DNA from: Bacillota bacterium
Lineage (GTDB): Bacteria > Bacillota_I > Bacilli_A > RF39 > UBA660
Direction: 5' to 3'
DNA length: 64,000 nt
Assembly: GCA_015059195.1 (NCBI GenBank)
Contig: SVAW01000002.1
Location: 31,304 to 95,303 of the forward strand
Below, in pieces: positions 1 through 10,498 of this stretch (its first letter is position 1; every line of letters begins with the position of its first letter). The notes under the pieces are model-generated. The model saw only the letters and a program-made list of their open reading frames with translations, searched no databases and was not told where the DNA came from. The translations under genes were made by a program, and so were the position numbers.

Positions 1-369
1 ATTATTAGCATATTCTTCCTTCCACGCCCATGCATGATTTAACCACTCTTCGCGATCCAGCTCTCTTGGTTTAATCCCCATCTCTTTTAGTTTTTTATCT
101 ACTTTAGCTTGAGTTGCAATTCCTGCATGATCCATCCCAGGAAGCCATAAAGTATCATAACCATCCATCCTTTTATAACGGATAATTATATCTTGAATAG
201 TAGTATCCCATGCATGCCCTAAATGAAGTTTACCAGTTACATTGGGTGGAGGAATCACAATCGCAAATGGTTTCTTGCTTAAATCTCCACTTTCAAAATA
301 TCCCTTTTCTAACCAATTTTTATATTTATCTGTTTCTACACTAATATGATCATATTTTTTATCTAACAT
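1..369 (-). CDS. valS: Valyl-tRNA synthetase, N-terminal fragment (continues past window start)
   Basis: Manual minus-strand translation from ATG at 369: [87 protein letters not shown]... It has the class I HIGH motif (LHLGHA) in the PPPNVTG context typical of ValRS. The ORF track omits it because it is truncated. Its start overlaps the upstream stop (TAATG). Confidence 0.9.
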   Translation of the reverse strand, partial: MLDKKYDHISVETDKYKNWLEKGYFESGDLSKKPFAIVIPPPNVTGKLHLGHAWDTTIQDIIIRYKRMDGYDTLWLPGMDHAGIATQAKVDKKLKEMGIKPRELDREEWLNHAWAWKEEYANN

Positions 370-1106
370 TATTTACCCACCCTTTCATGTATATAATCAT
401 CTATATATTCAAAATATTCTTGAAACCTCTCTTTATCATTTATATTTTCATATATTCTCCAAATTAAATTTCTCTCAATTAAATATTCAAAACAATATTT
501 AAAATTTAAATCAAATACTAGCGCAAGTCCTAAGACAATATTATCATTGTCGTTTTGTACATCCCTACGGTCTATACACATTGATTTAAAAAAATCGTCT
601 CTTATCTTTTCAGAAATAGGATTGTTATCTTCAGGCATAACATTCTTGTTTATACTAAATAAATAAAATAAATCCAATTTATCTGCATCCCTAATAATTT
701 TACACAATAAATTATTGTGTTCAGTAAGTCCTTCAGGAATACTAAATTTATTATGGTATTTAATCGCATCATATATCTCATCATAATTTTCATGCTTGTC
801 AGTATATTTAATAATTTCATTATTATCAAACAACATCGAAACCGCCAAATCCCCATGATCAATAGATTTTAAATCACCATATGTTTTATATTTAGTCCAT
901 TGCTCAAATCTGGCATAATCATGTAAAAGTCCCACGATAGCAGCAATTTCTGCATCATTGTCATTAAATCCAACATGTTTAGCAATGATTCTAGATATAT
1001 CCATCACTCTTATAGAGTGATAATACTTAGCAATAATCATAGTATCACTAACATCATATCTTTTATAGTGAATTTTAAACGTTTCTTTGATTCTACCTAC
1101 ATCCAT
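369..1106 (-). CDS. HD-domain phosphohydrolase family protein
   Basis: HD motif region [16 protein letters not shown]...[14 protein letters not shown] and a later RDADKLD. The likely true start is the ATG at 1106, preceded by GGAGGA. The longer track ORF begins at a TTG inside the T-box terminator. Confidence 0.7.
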   Translation of the reverse strand: MDVGRIKETFKIHYKRYDVSDTMIIAKYYHSIRVMDISRIIAKHVGFNDNDAEIAAIVGLLHDYARFEQWTKYKTYGDLKSIDHGDLAVSMLFDNNEIIKYTDKHENYDEIYDAIKYHNKFSIPEGLTEHNNLLCKIIRDADKLDLFYLFSINKNVMPEDNNPISEKIRDDFFKSMCIDRRDVQNDNDNIVLGLALVFDLNFKYCFEYLIERNLIWRIYENINDKERFQEYFEYIDDYIHERVGK

Positions 1107-1331
1107 AAATCCTCCAAAAAAAATCACATCCAATAAGGACGTGATTTACGTGGTACCACCTTAATTCGTGTATTTATACACCTTGTTTTTGTAACGCAAT
1201 TATGCGGAATATCTTAACTATTCAGATATTCAACTCCCAAGCTACCTTCGATTAGTTATTTTATCTATTTTCACCAACCATAGACTCTCTTAAAAAATTC
1301 CCAATCTACTCCTCTTGTTCTTTGTTTTTCT
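1107..1331 (-). promoter_or_regulatory. T-box leader (tRNA-sensing riboswitch) upstream of the HD-protein/valS operon
   Basis: The minus strand carries the conserved T-box sequence AATTAAGGTGGTACCACG (1149-1166). A terminator hairpin AAATCACGTCC/GGATGTGATTT plus a U-run follows (about 1116-1147). Stem I-like elements AGAGAGTC and GGTTGGTGAAA are present. A candidate specifier region CGAAGGTAGC contains GUA (Val). Confidence 0.85.
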
Positions 1332-1337
1332 TTGACT

Positions 1338-1366
1338 ATTATAAATCTTTTTTTTTAATTTGACAA
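1338..1366 (-). promoter_or_regulatory. Sigma-A type promoter for the T-box/valS operon
   Basis: Minus strand reads TTGTCA, a 17-nt spacer, then TATAAT, immediately upstream of the T-box leader. Confidence 0.65.
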
Positions 1367-1372
1367 GTAATT

Positions 1373-2107
1373 TTATTCACCTAATTCATCTAATGAAATA
1401 TTAACGACCGGGCGAACACCATATTCGTATCCATCAACTGCCCCATCATAATACAATGATCCATAAGAATCAACATACCAAGCCCAGGAAGAATCTTCAA
1501 CTGAAGGTGTAGACGTCCAATAGCCCCAAGGTGATTCTTCGTGCCATGAACTATTTCCTGGATAACTATATAACCATTCACTACTTAAATCTGGACCACG
1601 CCAATATTCATCTTCACTTAATCCATCTGCCTCTCCCAACTGACTTACACTTGGCAGTCCTATTTGATTTCTATCTAATTCACTCCATGCAAATGCTATT
1701 GCATCTAATTTTGCCTTTAATCCATCTCCATTACATACATTATTGTGCGGATTATCACCTTCTTGATCACACCAACTTTGAGTTGACATATCATAATTTC
1801 TGTCCATTATTAGAAAAACATTTGCCGTATCCTCATTTATTCCCAAAATATAAAAAGTCTGATAACCCCTGCCAAAATCACAGCTATATTTATCGCCAAT
1901 TGTAACCGAATCGCTTAGATCATTATCTCCTACCAACTCACATAAAGTAGAACCATTTAATTTATCTAATATTTCATTTTTTTCTTTATCAAATAAAACT
2001 TTTCTACTAGCGAGATTGCTTGTTATTAATAATAATAATGCGAGAAATAAAACTAACATCGAATATATTATACTTGTTACTGCAAATCCTCTGTTATTTA
2101 GTTTCAT
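1373..2107 (-). CDS. Secreted/surface protein with a prepilin-like (class III) N-terminal signal
   Basis: The N-terminus MKLNNRG/FAVTSIIYSMLVLFLALLLLI has a basic leader, then Gly-Phe, then about 20 hydrophobic residues. This is the type IV pilin/pseudopilin pattern, although Glu+5 is missing. The C-terminal W/Y-rich domain ends in ...YGVRPVVNISL, as in many Firmicutes surface proteins. Confidence 0.5.
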   Translation of the reverse strand: MKLNNRGFAVTSIIYSMLVLFLALLLLITSNLASRKVLFDKEKNEILDKLNGSTLCELVGDNDLSDSVTIGDKYSCDFGRGYQTFYILGINEDTANVFLIMDRNYDMSTQSWCDQEGDNPHNNVCNGDGLKAKLDAIAFAWSELDRNQIGLPSVSQLGEADGLSEDEYWRGPDLSSEWLYSYPGNSSWHEESPWGYWTSTPSVEDSSWAWYVDSYGSLYYDGAVDGYEYGVRPVVNISLDELGE

Positions 2108-2471
2108 ATGAACACCCTCTTATTATCTTAATTATATAATAATTACTTTTAAAAAACAACAGATTAATTTGATAGAAAAAATTCACATAAAATTTATGCG
2201 AATTTTTGTTTTTATCAAATTGAAAATATTATAACTAGTTAATATCAATGCCAATGTCATAATAACAATTCAAGTATTGCATCCAAGCATTTTTTTATTA
2301 ATAACATAAAATATTATAGGTGATTTTATGTGCAACAATAATTGGTTTAATAAGCGAGGCAGATGGTGTGGGTGCTGTATTGTTTGTCTAATTATACTAA
2401 TTTATCAGCTGTTCCTGACATTTTTCATTTTAACTAGATTTAATATTTTTTTAATTTTTGTGTTCCTATTA

Positions 2472-3365
2472 CTATTGTGTTTCACTTTCTTTCGTATAAT
2501 ATGGTGAAATTAACATTTCTGTCTTATAAACAAATTCAATCATTCTGCCTATCCGTTTACAACTATCATACTCATCATTACTAAATTCAACTTTATCCGG
2601 TAATGCCATAAGAATAAAAAGTAACTTCCTTTCTTCTGGTAACAACGGATAATTTTTTTCGTATCTATTAAGCGCTTCAGAAAACTCAAATTCTAACCCA
2701 TTACGTTTATATAATTTATATAAATCAAAAATGGGTATATCTATCTTAGATTTTTCCCAACTAATTAAATATGATTGAGTATTTCTTAAAAAATGTGATA
2801 CTTCTAGATTATTATGTAATACGACTAACCTTTTTTTACGACTTTTCTTTACGATATCATACCAAGCTTCAAGTTCATCTTTAGCAAAATTGAGCGCTGC
2901 AAATATTTTAGAAATGTTTCTAGCTAGTAAATACTCAGATGGGCTCATATACACTTTAGTATCTATAATATTAATTAAATCGTTATAGTAAGTATTCAAA
3001 TAAATTACATTATTATTAATATCTTCGTAAATCTGTTTATAATCATCCTCGTCCGTTTCTTGATAATGAGTTGTTTTACTGTGCAACAGTGAAACTAAAT
3101 CAATTAAATCCATAAATTTCTGCTCTATCGGCACCTCAAAATCATCTATAAATTCCATTACATCGTATTCATCACTATCACTAATAATTTTAGGATAATA
3201 ATCGAAACTGCGAGAATTTAAATAATCAAAAACTTTATTATTTTTATTTTTTTCCTTAATTACATATTTACCTTGATCAGTATCTACTATGACTATATTT
3301 CCCTCTTTAATATATCTATGAGGTTTGATTTCGGATTGCCGCAACAATTGATTAATTTTTCGCAT
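2472..3365 (-). CDS. YsxE/CotS-like spore coat protein (kinase-like fold)
   Basis: The size (297 aa) and its position directly downstream of, and overlapping, a SpoVID-like gene near lon and valS mirror the B. subtilis spoVID-ysxE arrangement. I confirmed no catalytic motif by eye. Confidence 0.45.
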   Translation of the reverse strand: MRKINQLLRQSEIKPHRYIKEGNIVIVDTDQGKYVIKEKNKNNKVFDYLNSRSFDYYPKIISDSDEYDVMEFIDDFEVPIEQKFMDLIDLVSLLHSKTTHYQETDEDDYKQIYEDINNNVIYLNTYYNDLINIIDTKVYMSPSEYLLARNISKIFAALNFAKDELEAWYDIVKKSRKKRLVVLHNNLEVSHFLRNTQSYLISWEKSKIDIPIFDLYKLYKRNGLEFEFSEALNRYEKNYPLLPEERKLLFILMALPDKVEFSNDEYDSCKRIGRMIEFVYKTEMLISPYYTKESETQ

Positions 3366-4041
3366 CTATAAAATCAGGAACAATTATTTTATCCCCCAAA
3401 CATATTTCGCTTAAGTCATTATACATTTCTAATTCTTCTCTACTAACACTATACTTTTGCATAATCATATCCAGCGTATCACCTTCTCTAACTATGTATA
3501 CTTTATACGTTTTATATGTTTCTAAATTTTCATTAAAACTATCAAAAATAGATGTTACCGGATCCATATCTTCCTCTTCGACACATCTTGACTCCGATTC
3601 AACTTTATTTTCTAACTGTAAATCTATTCTATTCATATTGTCATTTTCTTCCTCTAATATAGGCATTTCTGCGCTAGGCATCTTTATTTCATTTAAAATC
3701 ATTTGTTTAGGTGCTTTTTCATCTAGCTTATCTATCAATACATCTATATTAACTTGTAAAATATTCGAATTGACAACTTCATAATAGAAATCATCTATGT
3801 CTAGTTGTACATAATCTAATACATACCGCTCGTCTAAATTAATATTACAAGGAAGTTCAAAATTAAAACTATCTGTACTGGTGCTACTATCAGACATCCT
3901 GTATTCACCACTTATAATAAAATTCCCGCTTATAATATTATTTTCCTGTACTTTTAATGTATGTTCTAAAGAAATACTTGTTATTTCTGCAATATTGCTC
4001 TCCAATAATATATCCTTTTTAAAAGGCACTATCTTTTTCAT
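3352..4041 (-). CDS. SpoVID-like sporulation protein with C-terminal LysM domain
   Basis: The C-terminus YKVYIVREGDTLDMIMQKYSVSREELEMYNDLSEICLGDKIIVP is a LysM motif. The middle of the protein is acidic, and the N-terminal domain ...ITSISLEHTLKV... resembles SpoVID. The ATG at 4041 follows AAGGAGG, whereas the track start at 4059 is a GTG inside that RBS. Confidence 0.6.
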   Translation of the reverse strand: MKKIVPFKKDILLESNIAEITSISLEHTLKVQENNIISGNFIISGEYRMSDSSTSTDSFNFELPCNINLDERYVLDYVQLDIDDFYYEVVNSNILQVNIDVLIDKLDEKAPKQMILNEIKMPSAEMPILEEENDNMNRIDLQLENKVESESRCVEEEDMDPVTSIFDSFNENLETYKTYKVYIVREGDTLDMIMQKYSVSREELEMYNDLSEICLGDKIIVPDFIDAKN

Positions 4042-4105
4042 ATTTTCCTCCTTATCCACTAAAATATATGAAAAAAAAAGATGTTTATGAATAGTTTACA
4101 TCTTT

Positions 4106-6430
4106 TTAAATACTTTTTAATTTATGAAACAATTCTTTGTAATTATCTACACAAATAAATTGAATATGTTCTTTTACTTCATTTGGAATATCTTTCAAAT
4201 CTTTTTGATTATCCATAGGAATGAATATTGTTTTTATGCCTGCGCGAAGTGCACCTATGCATTTTTCCTTTAATCCACCTATGGCTAAGATATTACCTCT
4301 TAGAGTAATTTCTCCTGTCATTGCGATTGTACGATCAACTTTTTGATTTGTAAAAGCACTTATTAAAGCAGTGGTTAAGGCAATTCCAGCACTTGGTCCA
4401 TCTTTAGGAACAGCTCCTTCCGGAACATGAATATGTATATCATTTTTTGATAATTGTTCCTCATTAATACCTAAAAATTTGTTATTAGATCTAATATAAC
4501 TAAGAGCAATCTGAGCGCTTTCTCTCATAACCTCTCCCAAAGAACCAGTTAATATTAAATTGCCGGTCCCAGGATAATAATTTACTTCTATCTTTATTGT
4601 GTCTCCACCAGCATATGTATATGCGAGTCCATTTACTACCCCTACTTCATCATTACCTACTACTCCAAAATGGAATAGTTTATTACCAAGATATCTTTCA
4701 ACTGATGTTACATTTGTTTTTTTACCATGTTTATTTTTCATTACATTGTCAGTTATAATTTTACGAACAACTTGGGTAATTTTTCGTTCCAACTCACGAA
4801 CACCCGCTTCTTTAGTATAATATCTAATAATTTCAAAAATAGAATCGTTACTAAATTTAATCATATCATCACTTAATCCATGATTTTCAATTATTTTAGG
4901 AATTAAATGACGCTTAGCAATATCTAACTTTTCTAATTCAGTATATCCACTTAACTCAATAATTTCTAATCTGTCTCGTAATGGGCCAGGAATAGTTTCT
5001 AACGAATTAGCTGTTACAATAAACATAACTTGCGACAGGTCATATTCTTCTTCTATAAAATTATCGCTAAAATATTTGTTTTGTTCTGGATCTAAAATTT
5101 CTAACAAAGCACTAGCCGGATCCCCTTTAATGTCTTTAGTCATTTTATCTATTTCATCTATTAAAAATACAGGATTGTTACTTTTAGCTTTTTTCATATT
5201 TTGAATAATTCTTCCAGGCATTGCTCCTAAATATGTTCTCCTATGTCCTACTATTTCAGCCTCATCATTAACTCCTCCAACGCTAACCTTAACAAAGTTA
5301 CGATTAATACTTTGTGCGATTGCAGAAGCAAAGGTTGTCTTTCCAACTCCTGGAGGTCCAACTAAACAAATTATTGGACTTTTTACATCTTTCGAAATAT
5401 TCTTAACCGCTAAATATTCAATTACTCTATTCTTAACCTCTTCTAACCCATAGTGGCTATTATTAAGAGTCATTAAAATATCATTTAAATCTTTATTATC
5501 TTCAGTATATGTATTCCAAGGAAGACTTAACATAGTATCAAGATAATTTCTAATAATACTTATTTCTGGTGAAACCGAATTTAAACTTTCATACCTTTTT
5601 AACTCGTTTTCTAGTCTTGATTTAATTTTCTCTGAAGCATTTAACCCTTTTATTTTATCTCGTAATTCTTCTATTTCATTTTCCTTTAAAGTAGTATCCC
5701 CTAACTCTTCTTTAATGTACTTAATTTTTTCTCTTAATAAATATTCTTTTTGATTATCGTCAATATTCTTCTTAACCTTTAAATCAATGTCCTTTTCCAC
5801 ATCGAACATTTCTTCATCTTTATAAATGTCTTCTAAAATCATTTCTGCTCTCTTTGAAGACTTAACTTCATTCAAGTAACTAATTAAACGATTACTATCT
5901 ACAGGCAAATTAGATGCGACTATATCAGTAAACTTATCAAGCTCGGGCATATTTACAACCAACGATAAAACACTATTACTTAAATATGGAACTTTCTTAA
6001 TATATGCTTCAAGTTCCCTATATAGTTTACGTATTAATATTTTTTCCTTAATATCATCTATTTGTTCTTTATCTATATTAGTAACAATCGACTCTAACAC
6101 TTCAGAAGCTCTATTTAAATTTAATAATTCATTAATCTCAGCACGATTAACCCCTTTTATAATAACTCGTGTTTTTCCATTTGGTAATTCTATTTTATGT
6201 GTGATTTTAGATACAACACCTATCTCCGGAATATCGTTTTCTGACGGAACTTCTTCCAATGGATTTAATGAATTAACCACTAACAGCATATTATCATGGA
6301 AAAGTTCAGCCACATCTATAATATTTTTACTTAAATCATTATCAAATTCTAAGCGAAGTTCATTGTTTGGAAGCAAAATAATTCCCCTCAATAAAATAAC
6401 TGGCAAGTTAGTTTTTATCAAAAGAATCAC
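4106..6430 (-). CDS. lon: ATP-dependent Lon protease
   Basis: Walker A GPPGVGKTT, the catalytic Ser context PKDGPSAG and a LonA N-domain are present. The start may instead be the TTG at 6421, 7 nt after AGGAGG. Confidence 0.95.
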   Translation of the reverse strand: MILLIKTNLPVILLRGIILLPNNELRLEFDNDLSKNIIDVAELFHDNMLLVVNSLNPLEEVPSENDIPEIGVVSKITHKIELPNGKTRVIIKGVNRAEINELLNLNRASEVLESIVTNIDKEQIDDIKEKILIRKLYRELEAYIKKVPYLSNSVLSLVVNMPELDKFTDIVASNLPVDSNRLISYLNEVKSSKRAEMILEDIYKDEEMFDVEKDIDLKVKKNIDDNQKEYLLREKIKYIKEELGDTTLKENEIEELRDKIKGLNASEKIKSRLENELKRYESLNSVSPEISIIRNYLDTMLSLPWNTYTEDNKDLNDILMTLNNSHYGLEEVKNRVIEYLAVKNISKDVKSPIICLVGPPGVGKTTFASAIAQSINRNFVKVSVGGVNDEAEIVGHRRTYLGAMPGRIIQNMKKAKSNNPVFLIDEIDKMTKDIKGDPASALLEILDPEQNKYFSDNFIEEEYDLSQVMFIVTANSLETIPGPLRDRLEIIELSGYTELEKLDIAKRHLIPKIIENHGLSDDMIKFSNDSIFEIIRYYTKEAGVRELERKITQVVRKIITDNVMKNKHGKKTNVTSVERYLGNKLFHFGVVGNDEVGVVNGLAYTYAGGDTIKIEVNYYPGTGNLILTGSLGEVMRESAQIALSYIRSNNKFLGINEEQLSKNDIHIHVPEGAVPKDGPSAGIALTTALISAFTNQKVDRTIAMTGEITLRGNILAIGGLKEKCIGALRAGIKTIFIPMDNQKDLKDIPNEVKEHIQFICVDNYKELFHKLKSI

Positions 6431-6502
6431 CTCCTAAAAAGTGATTTTTATTATATAATAAAAAGAATGAAAAGTCCACTACTTTTACATTCTTTCTTAA
6501 CA

Positions 6503-7351
6503 TTACATATCTTCACTTAAAAGCTCATCTAGACTAACTATTTTATAGCCTTTACTTTTAATATAACTAATCATTAGAGGTAATTCTTTTAAGGTTGTTT
6601 GGGTAATTTCTAGGGAAATTATATCGCCAGATTTTAATTTTTCCTTTAATGTGATTAATGGATATTCCCCTATAATAATTGAAGGAAATAATGTATAACT
6701 TTTATGAAGTGCGCACATATCTAAAAATTCATCATTTTTTTGTTCTAGATAACAATAACTATTATTTTGATTACTATATTTATTAATGATGGTTTTTAAC
6801 CATACAAAACTACTATCTAGGTAGTTTCCACCATAACTTAAATTACCTATATTATAATTGTTGCTAGTTAATATTTTGAATTCTTCTTCATTCTTTTCCA
6901 TCCATTTTCCATCTATAAAAAAGTTTAAAGGGATATTCTTATCTACAACACTTAGAATTTGTTTAACATTATCTTCTATAGAAACTTTAACTATAATACT
7001 AACACTATTCTTTCTAGGATTACCACTGACCACATATTTGTTATATGTGTTTTTAATTGACATTTCAGGTAGTATCACATCATATATCAACATATTCTCA
7101 TTAAAAGCCCCAAAGCGTTTCATATTATCATAACTTCTATTATTATTAACAATCTTACCATTAATCCCAGGAATAATTGTGTCGTTATCCAGTCTAGCAT
7201 TTTCACTTTCTACCTTATATAAATTAGACTCTTCTTTAATTACTTTCATTAAGTTGTCATTATCTCTTAAAGTATTTGCGGTTTTTTCAGTAAAAATAAA
7301 ACTAAAGCAAGCCAAAGAAGTAATCCCAATAATTTGAAAAAACTTTTTCAC
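6503..7351 (-). CDS. Polysaccharide deacetylase-like (NodB-homology) secreted protein
   Basis: It has an N-terminal signal/anchor. The C-terminal ...GDIISLEI...LPLMISYIKSKGYKIVSLDELLSE is typical of deacetylase family C-termini. The catalytic motifs are divergent. Confidence 0.45.
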   Translation of the reverse strand: MKKFFQIIGITSLACFSFIFTEKTANTLRDNDNLMKVIKEESNLYKVESENARLDNDTIIPGINGKIVNNNRSYDNMKRFGAFNENMLIYDVILPEMSIKNTYNKYVVSGNPRKNSVSIIVKVSIEDNVKQILSVVDKNIPLNFFIDGKWMEKNEEEFKILTSNNYNIGNLSYGGNYLDSSFVWLKTIINKYSNQNNSYCYLEQKNDEFLDMCALHKSYTLFPSIIIGEYPLITLKEKLKSGDIISLEITQTTLKELPLMISYIKSKGYKIVSLDELLSEDM

Positions 7352-7399
7352 TATATCACCTTAATTAAATATATGAACTAAGTTGACTCTTTTTACTAA

Positions 7400-8500
7400 T
7401 TATAATAAATTTAATTGTTTAAGTTCTTCAAGAACAAAGATTCCATCTTTTCTAACTAAAATATCATCAAAGTAAATCTCTCCACCACCATAATCACCAC
7501 GTTGAATTAATACTAAATCCCAATGTATGCGAGATCTATTACCATTATCCGCTTCATGATATGCCTGACCAGGTGTAAAATGAATGCTGCCTATAATTTT
7601 TTCATCATATAAAATATCACCCATCGGGTGCAAGATGTTAGGGTTTAGACCAATTGAAAACTCACCTATATATCTGCTACCATCATCTGTATCAAGAATT
7701 TCTTGTAATCTTTTTTGATTATTAGAACAACTTGCATCTATAATTTTTCCATTTTTAAAAGTAAGGGATACATCTGAAAATACTTCACCTTGATAAGGAG
7801 AAGATACATTATATGTAATAATTCCATTAACACTATCCTTAACTGGCGCAGTAAAAATTTCTCCATCCGGTAAATTTGATTCTCCACAGCAAGGAACTAC
7901 CGGAATTTCTTTGATTGAAAATGTTATATCTGTATTAGGGCCCACAATTCTAACCTTATCTGTATTTTCCATCATTTTCTTAAGTGGTTCTAACTTTTCT
8001 TTTAATTCATCATAATCTGTAGTCATGGCATCTAATGCAAAATTCTTAAATTGTTCTGAATTCATTTTCGATTTGTGGGCATCTAATATACTAGGATAAT
8101 TAAGTAATACCCATTTCCTATTATTGATTCTAATTTCATCGTATTCTCGAGTTTCACTTGTTGCTAAATTTCTAAGTTCGCTAGAAACCTTATTATCTTC
8201 ATAATCATTCGTTGAATATCTAATCGAAATAAATGCCGTAAACTGTTCTATTTCAAATTTACTATAATTACCTAACAATTTTGCCCTTTCCTCATTGGTA
8301 TTTAATAACAATTCTTTATTTACTATTGGATCAATCAACTTAACATAACTAACAGCGCCTTTTTCCGCTATGTCATTAATTAGACTCAACACCAAATCAT
8401 GACATTCGATACTTTGATATGTAATTAATACTTTATCGCTAGAATCAATCTTTAAAGAATGCTCTACTATCTTTTTACTTAACATATTTATTTTATTCAT
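7400..8500 (-). CDS. M29 family aminopeptidase (AmpS/PepS-like)
   Basis: Contains the motifs EFSIGLNPNI, DEKIIGSIHFTPGQAY and GNRSRIHWDLV. The start ATG at 8500 follows AGGGTGA. Confidence 0.75.
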   Translation of the reverse strand: MNKINMLSKKIVEHSLKIDSSDKVLITYQSIECHDLVLSLINDIAEKGAVSYVKLIDPIVNKELLLNTNEERAKLLGNYSKFEIEQFTAFISIRYSTNDYEDNKVSSELRNLATSETREYDEIRINNRKWVLLNYPSILDAHKSKMNSEQFKNFALDAMTTDYDELKEKLEPLKKMMENTDKVRIVGPNTDITFSIKEIPVVPCCGESNLPDGEIFTAPVKDSVNGIITYNVSSPYQGEVFSDVSLTFKNGKIIDASCSNNQKRLQEILDTDDGSRYIGEFSIGLNPNILHPMGDILYDEKIIGSIHFTPGQAYHEADNGNRSRIHWDLVLIQRGDYGGGEIYFDDILVRKDGIFVLEELKQLNLL

Positions 8501-8552
8501 CTCTTCACCCTTTTTCATTATAATCATACTATATTATGAAAGGATGATATTT

Positions 8553-8807
8553 ATGTATTCACAAAACACTAATTTTCCACCAAACAATTTTCGACCAAAC
8601 TTTAATCATAACCAAGGTGTCCCATACAGTTTTGAAAATCAAACAGATGACCGTTTAGTCGGTGGGTTTGCATTTCCATTTTTACTAGGAGGTGTTACAG
8701 GAGCTGCCCTTGCTCCAGCATTTTGGAGGCCAAATTATCCAAATTATTACTATCCTCCACGACCACCATATTATGGACCATACTATAGACCTTATAGACC
8801 ATACTAA
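8553..8807 (+). CDS. Small Pro/Tyr-rich protein with a central Gly/Ala hydrophobic segment
   Basis: The sequence ends ...NYPNYYYPPRPPYYGPYYRPYRPY. AAAGGA lies upstream of the ATG at 8553. A strong hairpin terminator follows. Confidence 0.5.
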   Translation: MYSQNTNFPPNNFRPNFNHNQGVPYSFENQTDDRLVGGFAFPFLLGGVTGAALAPAFWRPNYPNYYYPPRPPYYGPYYRPYRPY

Positions 8808-8832
8808 AAAAAACGAATTTCTTCGTTTTTTT
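8806..8832. terminator. Bidirectional intrinsic terminator
   Basis: AAAAAAAACGAA-TTTC-TTCGTTTTTTT forms a hairpin flanked by A- and T-runs, between the convergent genes at 8553-8807 (+) and rny (-). Confidence 0.8.
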
Positions 8833-10384
8833 ATTTTGCTTCTTCAATCGCTCTAGTTTCACGGATTACCGTTACTTTAATAGTGCCTGGATATTGTAGA
8901 TTTGCTTCAATTTTCTCTTTTATGTCACGAGCAATTTTAAAACTTGTTAGATCATCAATCTTAGCTGGTTCCACCATTACACGAAGTTCTCGACCTGCCT
9001 GAACTGCGAAAGTTTTTTCTACCCCATCAATTCCACTTGCAATTGCTTCTAAATCTTGAAGACGTTTAACATAATTCTCTAAAGAATCATTACGCGCTCC
9101 TGGACGTGACGCTGATAATGCATCAGCAATAGCAACTAATTCCGCAATAATGCTAGTTGGCGCAGAGTCGCCATGATGAGATTCTATAGCGTTTACTACA
9201 ATTTCATTTTCATTAAATCTACGAGCTAATTCAGCACCTAATGACACGTGACTTCCTTCTACCTCATGGTCAATAGATTTTCCAATGTCATGAAGTAATC
9301 CGGCACGACGAGCTAAATTAACATTTTCTCCTAGTTCAGCTGCCAAAAGTCCAGTTAAATGCGCGACCTCTATTGAATGCCTTAAGGCATTTTGTCCAAA
9401 GCTTGTTCTAAAATGTAATTTACCTAAAATTTCAACTAGCTCCGGATCCATTTTAGTAATACCTAATTCAAATAAAGCGCTATCCCCATATTCTAAAATT
9501 TTAGTTTTCATATCTTGGCTAGTTTTATCATATAGTTCTTCAATTCTAGTTGGATGAATGCGACCATCTTTAATTAAACTTTCAATCGTTACTCTGGCAA
9601 TTTCTCTTCTTAATGGATCAAAGCTAGATAAAACAATGGCCTCTGGAGTATCATCAATTATTAAATCTACTCCTGTCACCGCTTCTATTGTTCTAATATT
9701 ACGACCTTCCCGCCCGATAATACGCCCTTTCATTTCATCATTTGGTAAATTTACAACTGTTACCGTTTGTTCTCCAGCAACATCACCAGCATATTTTTGC
9801 ATAGATGAAACTAACATGCTTTTTGCTTTTTTATCTACTTCTAATTTAGCTTCTGCTTCTCTATCCTTGATATAAGCCGCAATTTCTAAATTCATCATTT
9901 CCTCTACTTTTTTCAAGACCATTTCACGAGCTTGATTCTTTGAATAACCCGCAATTTTATCTAATAAGTCAATTTGTTGTTTTTTAATTTCTTCCACTTC
10001 TACTTGTTCTTTTTGAAGTTCTTTTTGTTTATTAATTATATTATTTTCTTTTTCTTCTAGCATCTGTTCACGATTTTGTAACGTTTGATCCCTACGATCC
10101 ATATTACTTTCTCTAGTTAATAATCGCTCTTCAGATTCTTTTATTTCTTCTTTTTTCTCTTTTACTTCTTTGTCTGTTTCAATTTTTATTTTATGGGCTT
10201 CTTCTTTAGCCTCTAATAAATAATCTCTCTTTATTTTATCAGCTTCTTTTTTTGCTTTTTCAAGCATAAGTTCGGCTTTTTTTGATAAAAGATTTCCTCT
10301 AATATAATTAATTATAAGCATTGATATAACGCCTACAAAGAGTCCAATTAAAACTAGCAAAATGGAGAATGAAATATTGTTCAT
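8831..10384 (-). CDS. rny: Ribonuclease Y
   Basis: It has an N-terminal TM segment, a long coiled coil, a KH domain ([12 protein letters not shown]) and an HD domain (LLHDIGK). Confidence 0.95.
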   Translation of the reverse strand: MNNISFSILLVLIGLFVGVISMLIINYIRGNLLSKKAELMLEKAKKEADKIKRDYLLEAKEEAHKIKIETDKEVKEKKEEIKESEERLLTRESNMDRRDQTLQNREQMLEEKENNIINKQKELQKEQVEVEEIKKQQIDLLDKIAGYSKNQAREMVLKKVEEMMNLEIAAYIKDREAEAKLEVDKKAKSMLVSSMQKYAGDVAGEQTVTVVNLPNDEMKGRIIGREGRNIRTIEAVTGVDLIIDDTPEAIVLSSFDPLRREIARVTIESLIKDGRIHPTRIEELYDKTSQDMKTKILEYGDSALFELGITKMDPELVEILGKLHFRTSFGQNALRHSIEVAHLTGLLAAELGENVNLARRAGLLHDIGKSIDHEVEGSHVSLGAELARRFNENEIVVNAIESHHGDSAPTSIIAELVAIADALSASRPGARNDSLENYVKRLQDLEAIASGIDGVEKTFAVQAGRELRVMVEPAKIDDLTSFKIARDIKEKIEANLQYPGTIKVTVIRETRAIEEAK

Positions 10385-10498
10385 AGTATCCCTCCATTTT
10401 CCACAAGCAAATTATCTATTCACTTTAATTCCATTGTAATGTTTATTTTAGAATCTGTCAAGGAAAATATTTTTACAAAAAAAGCAACAAAAGTTGCT

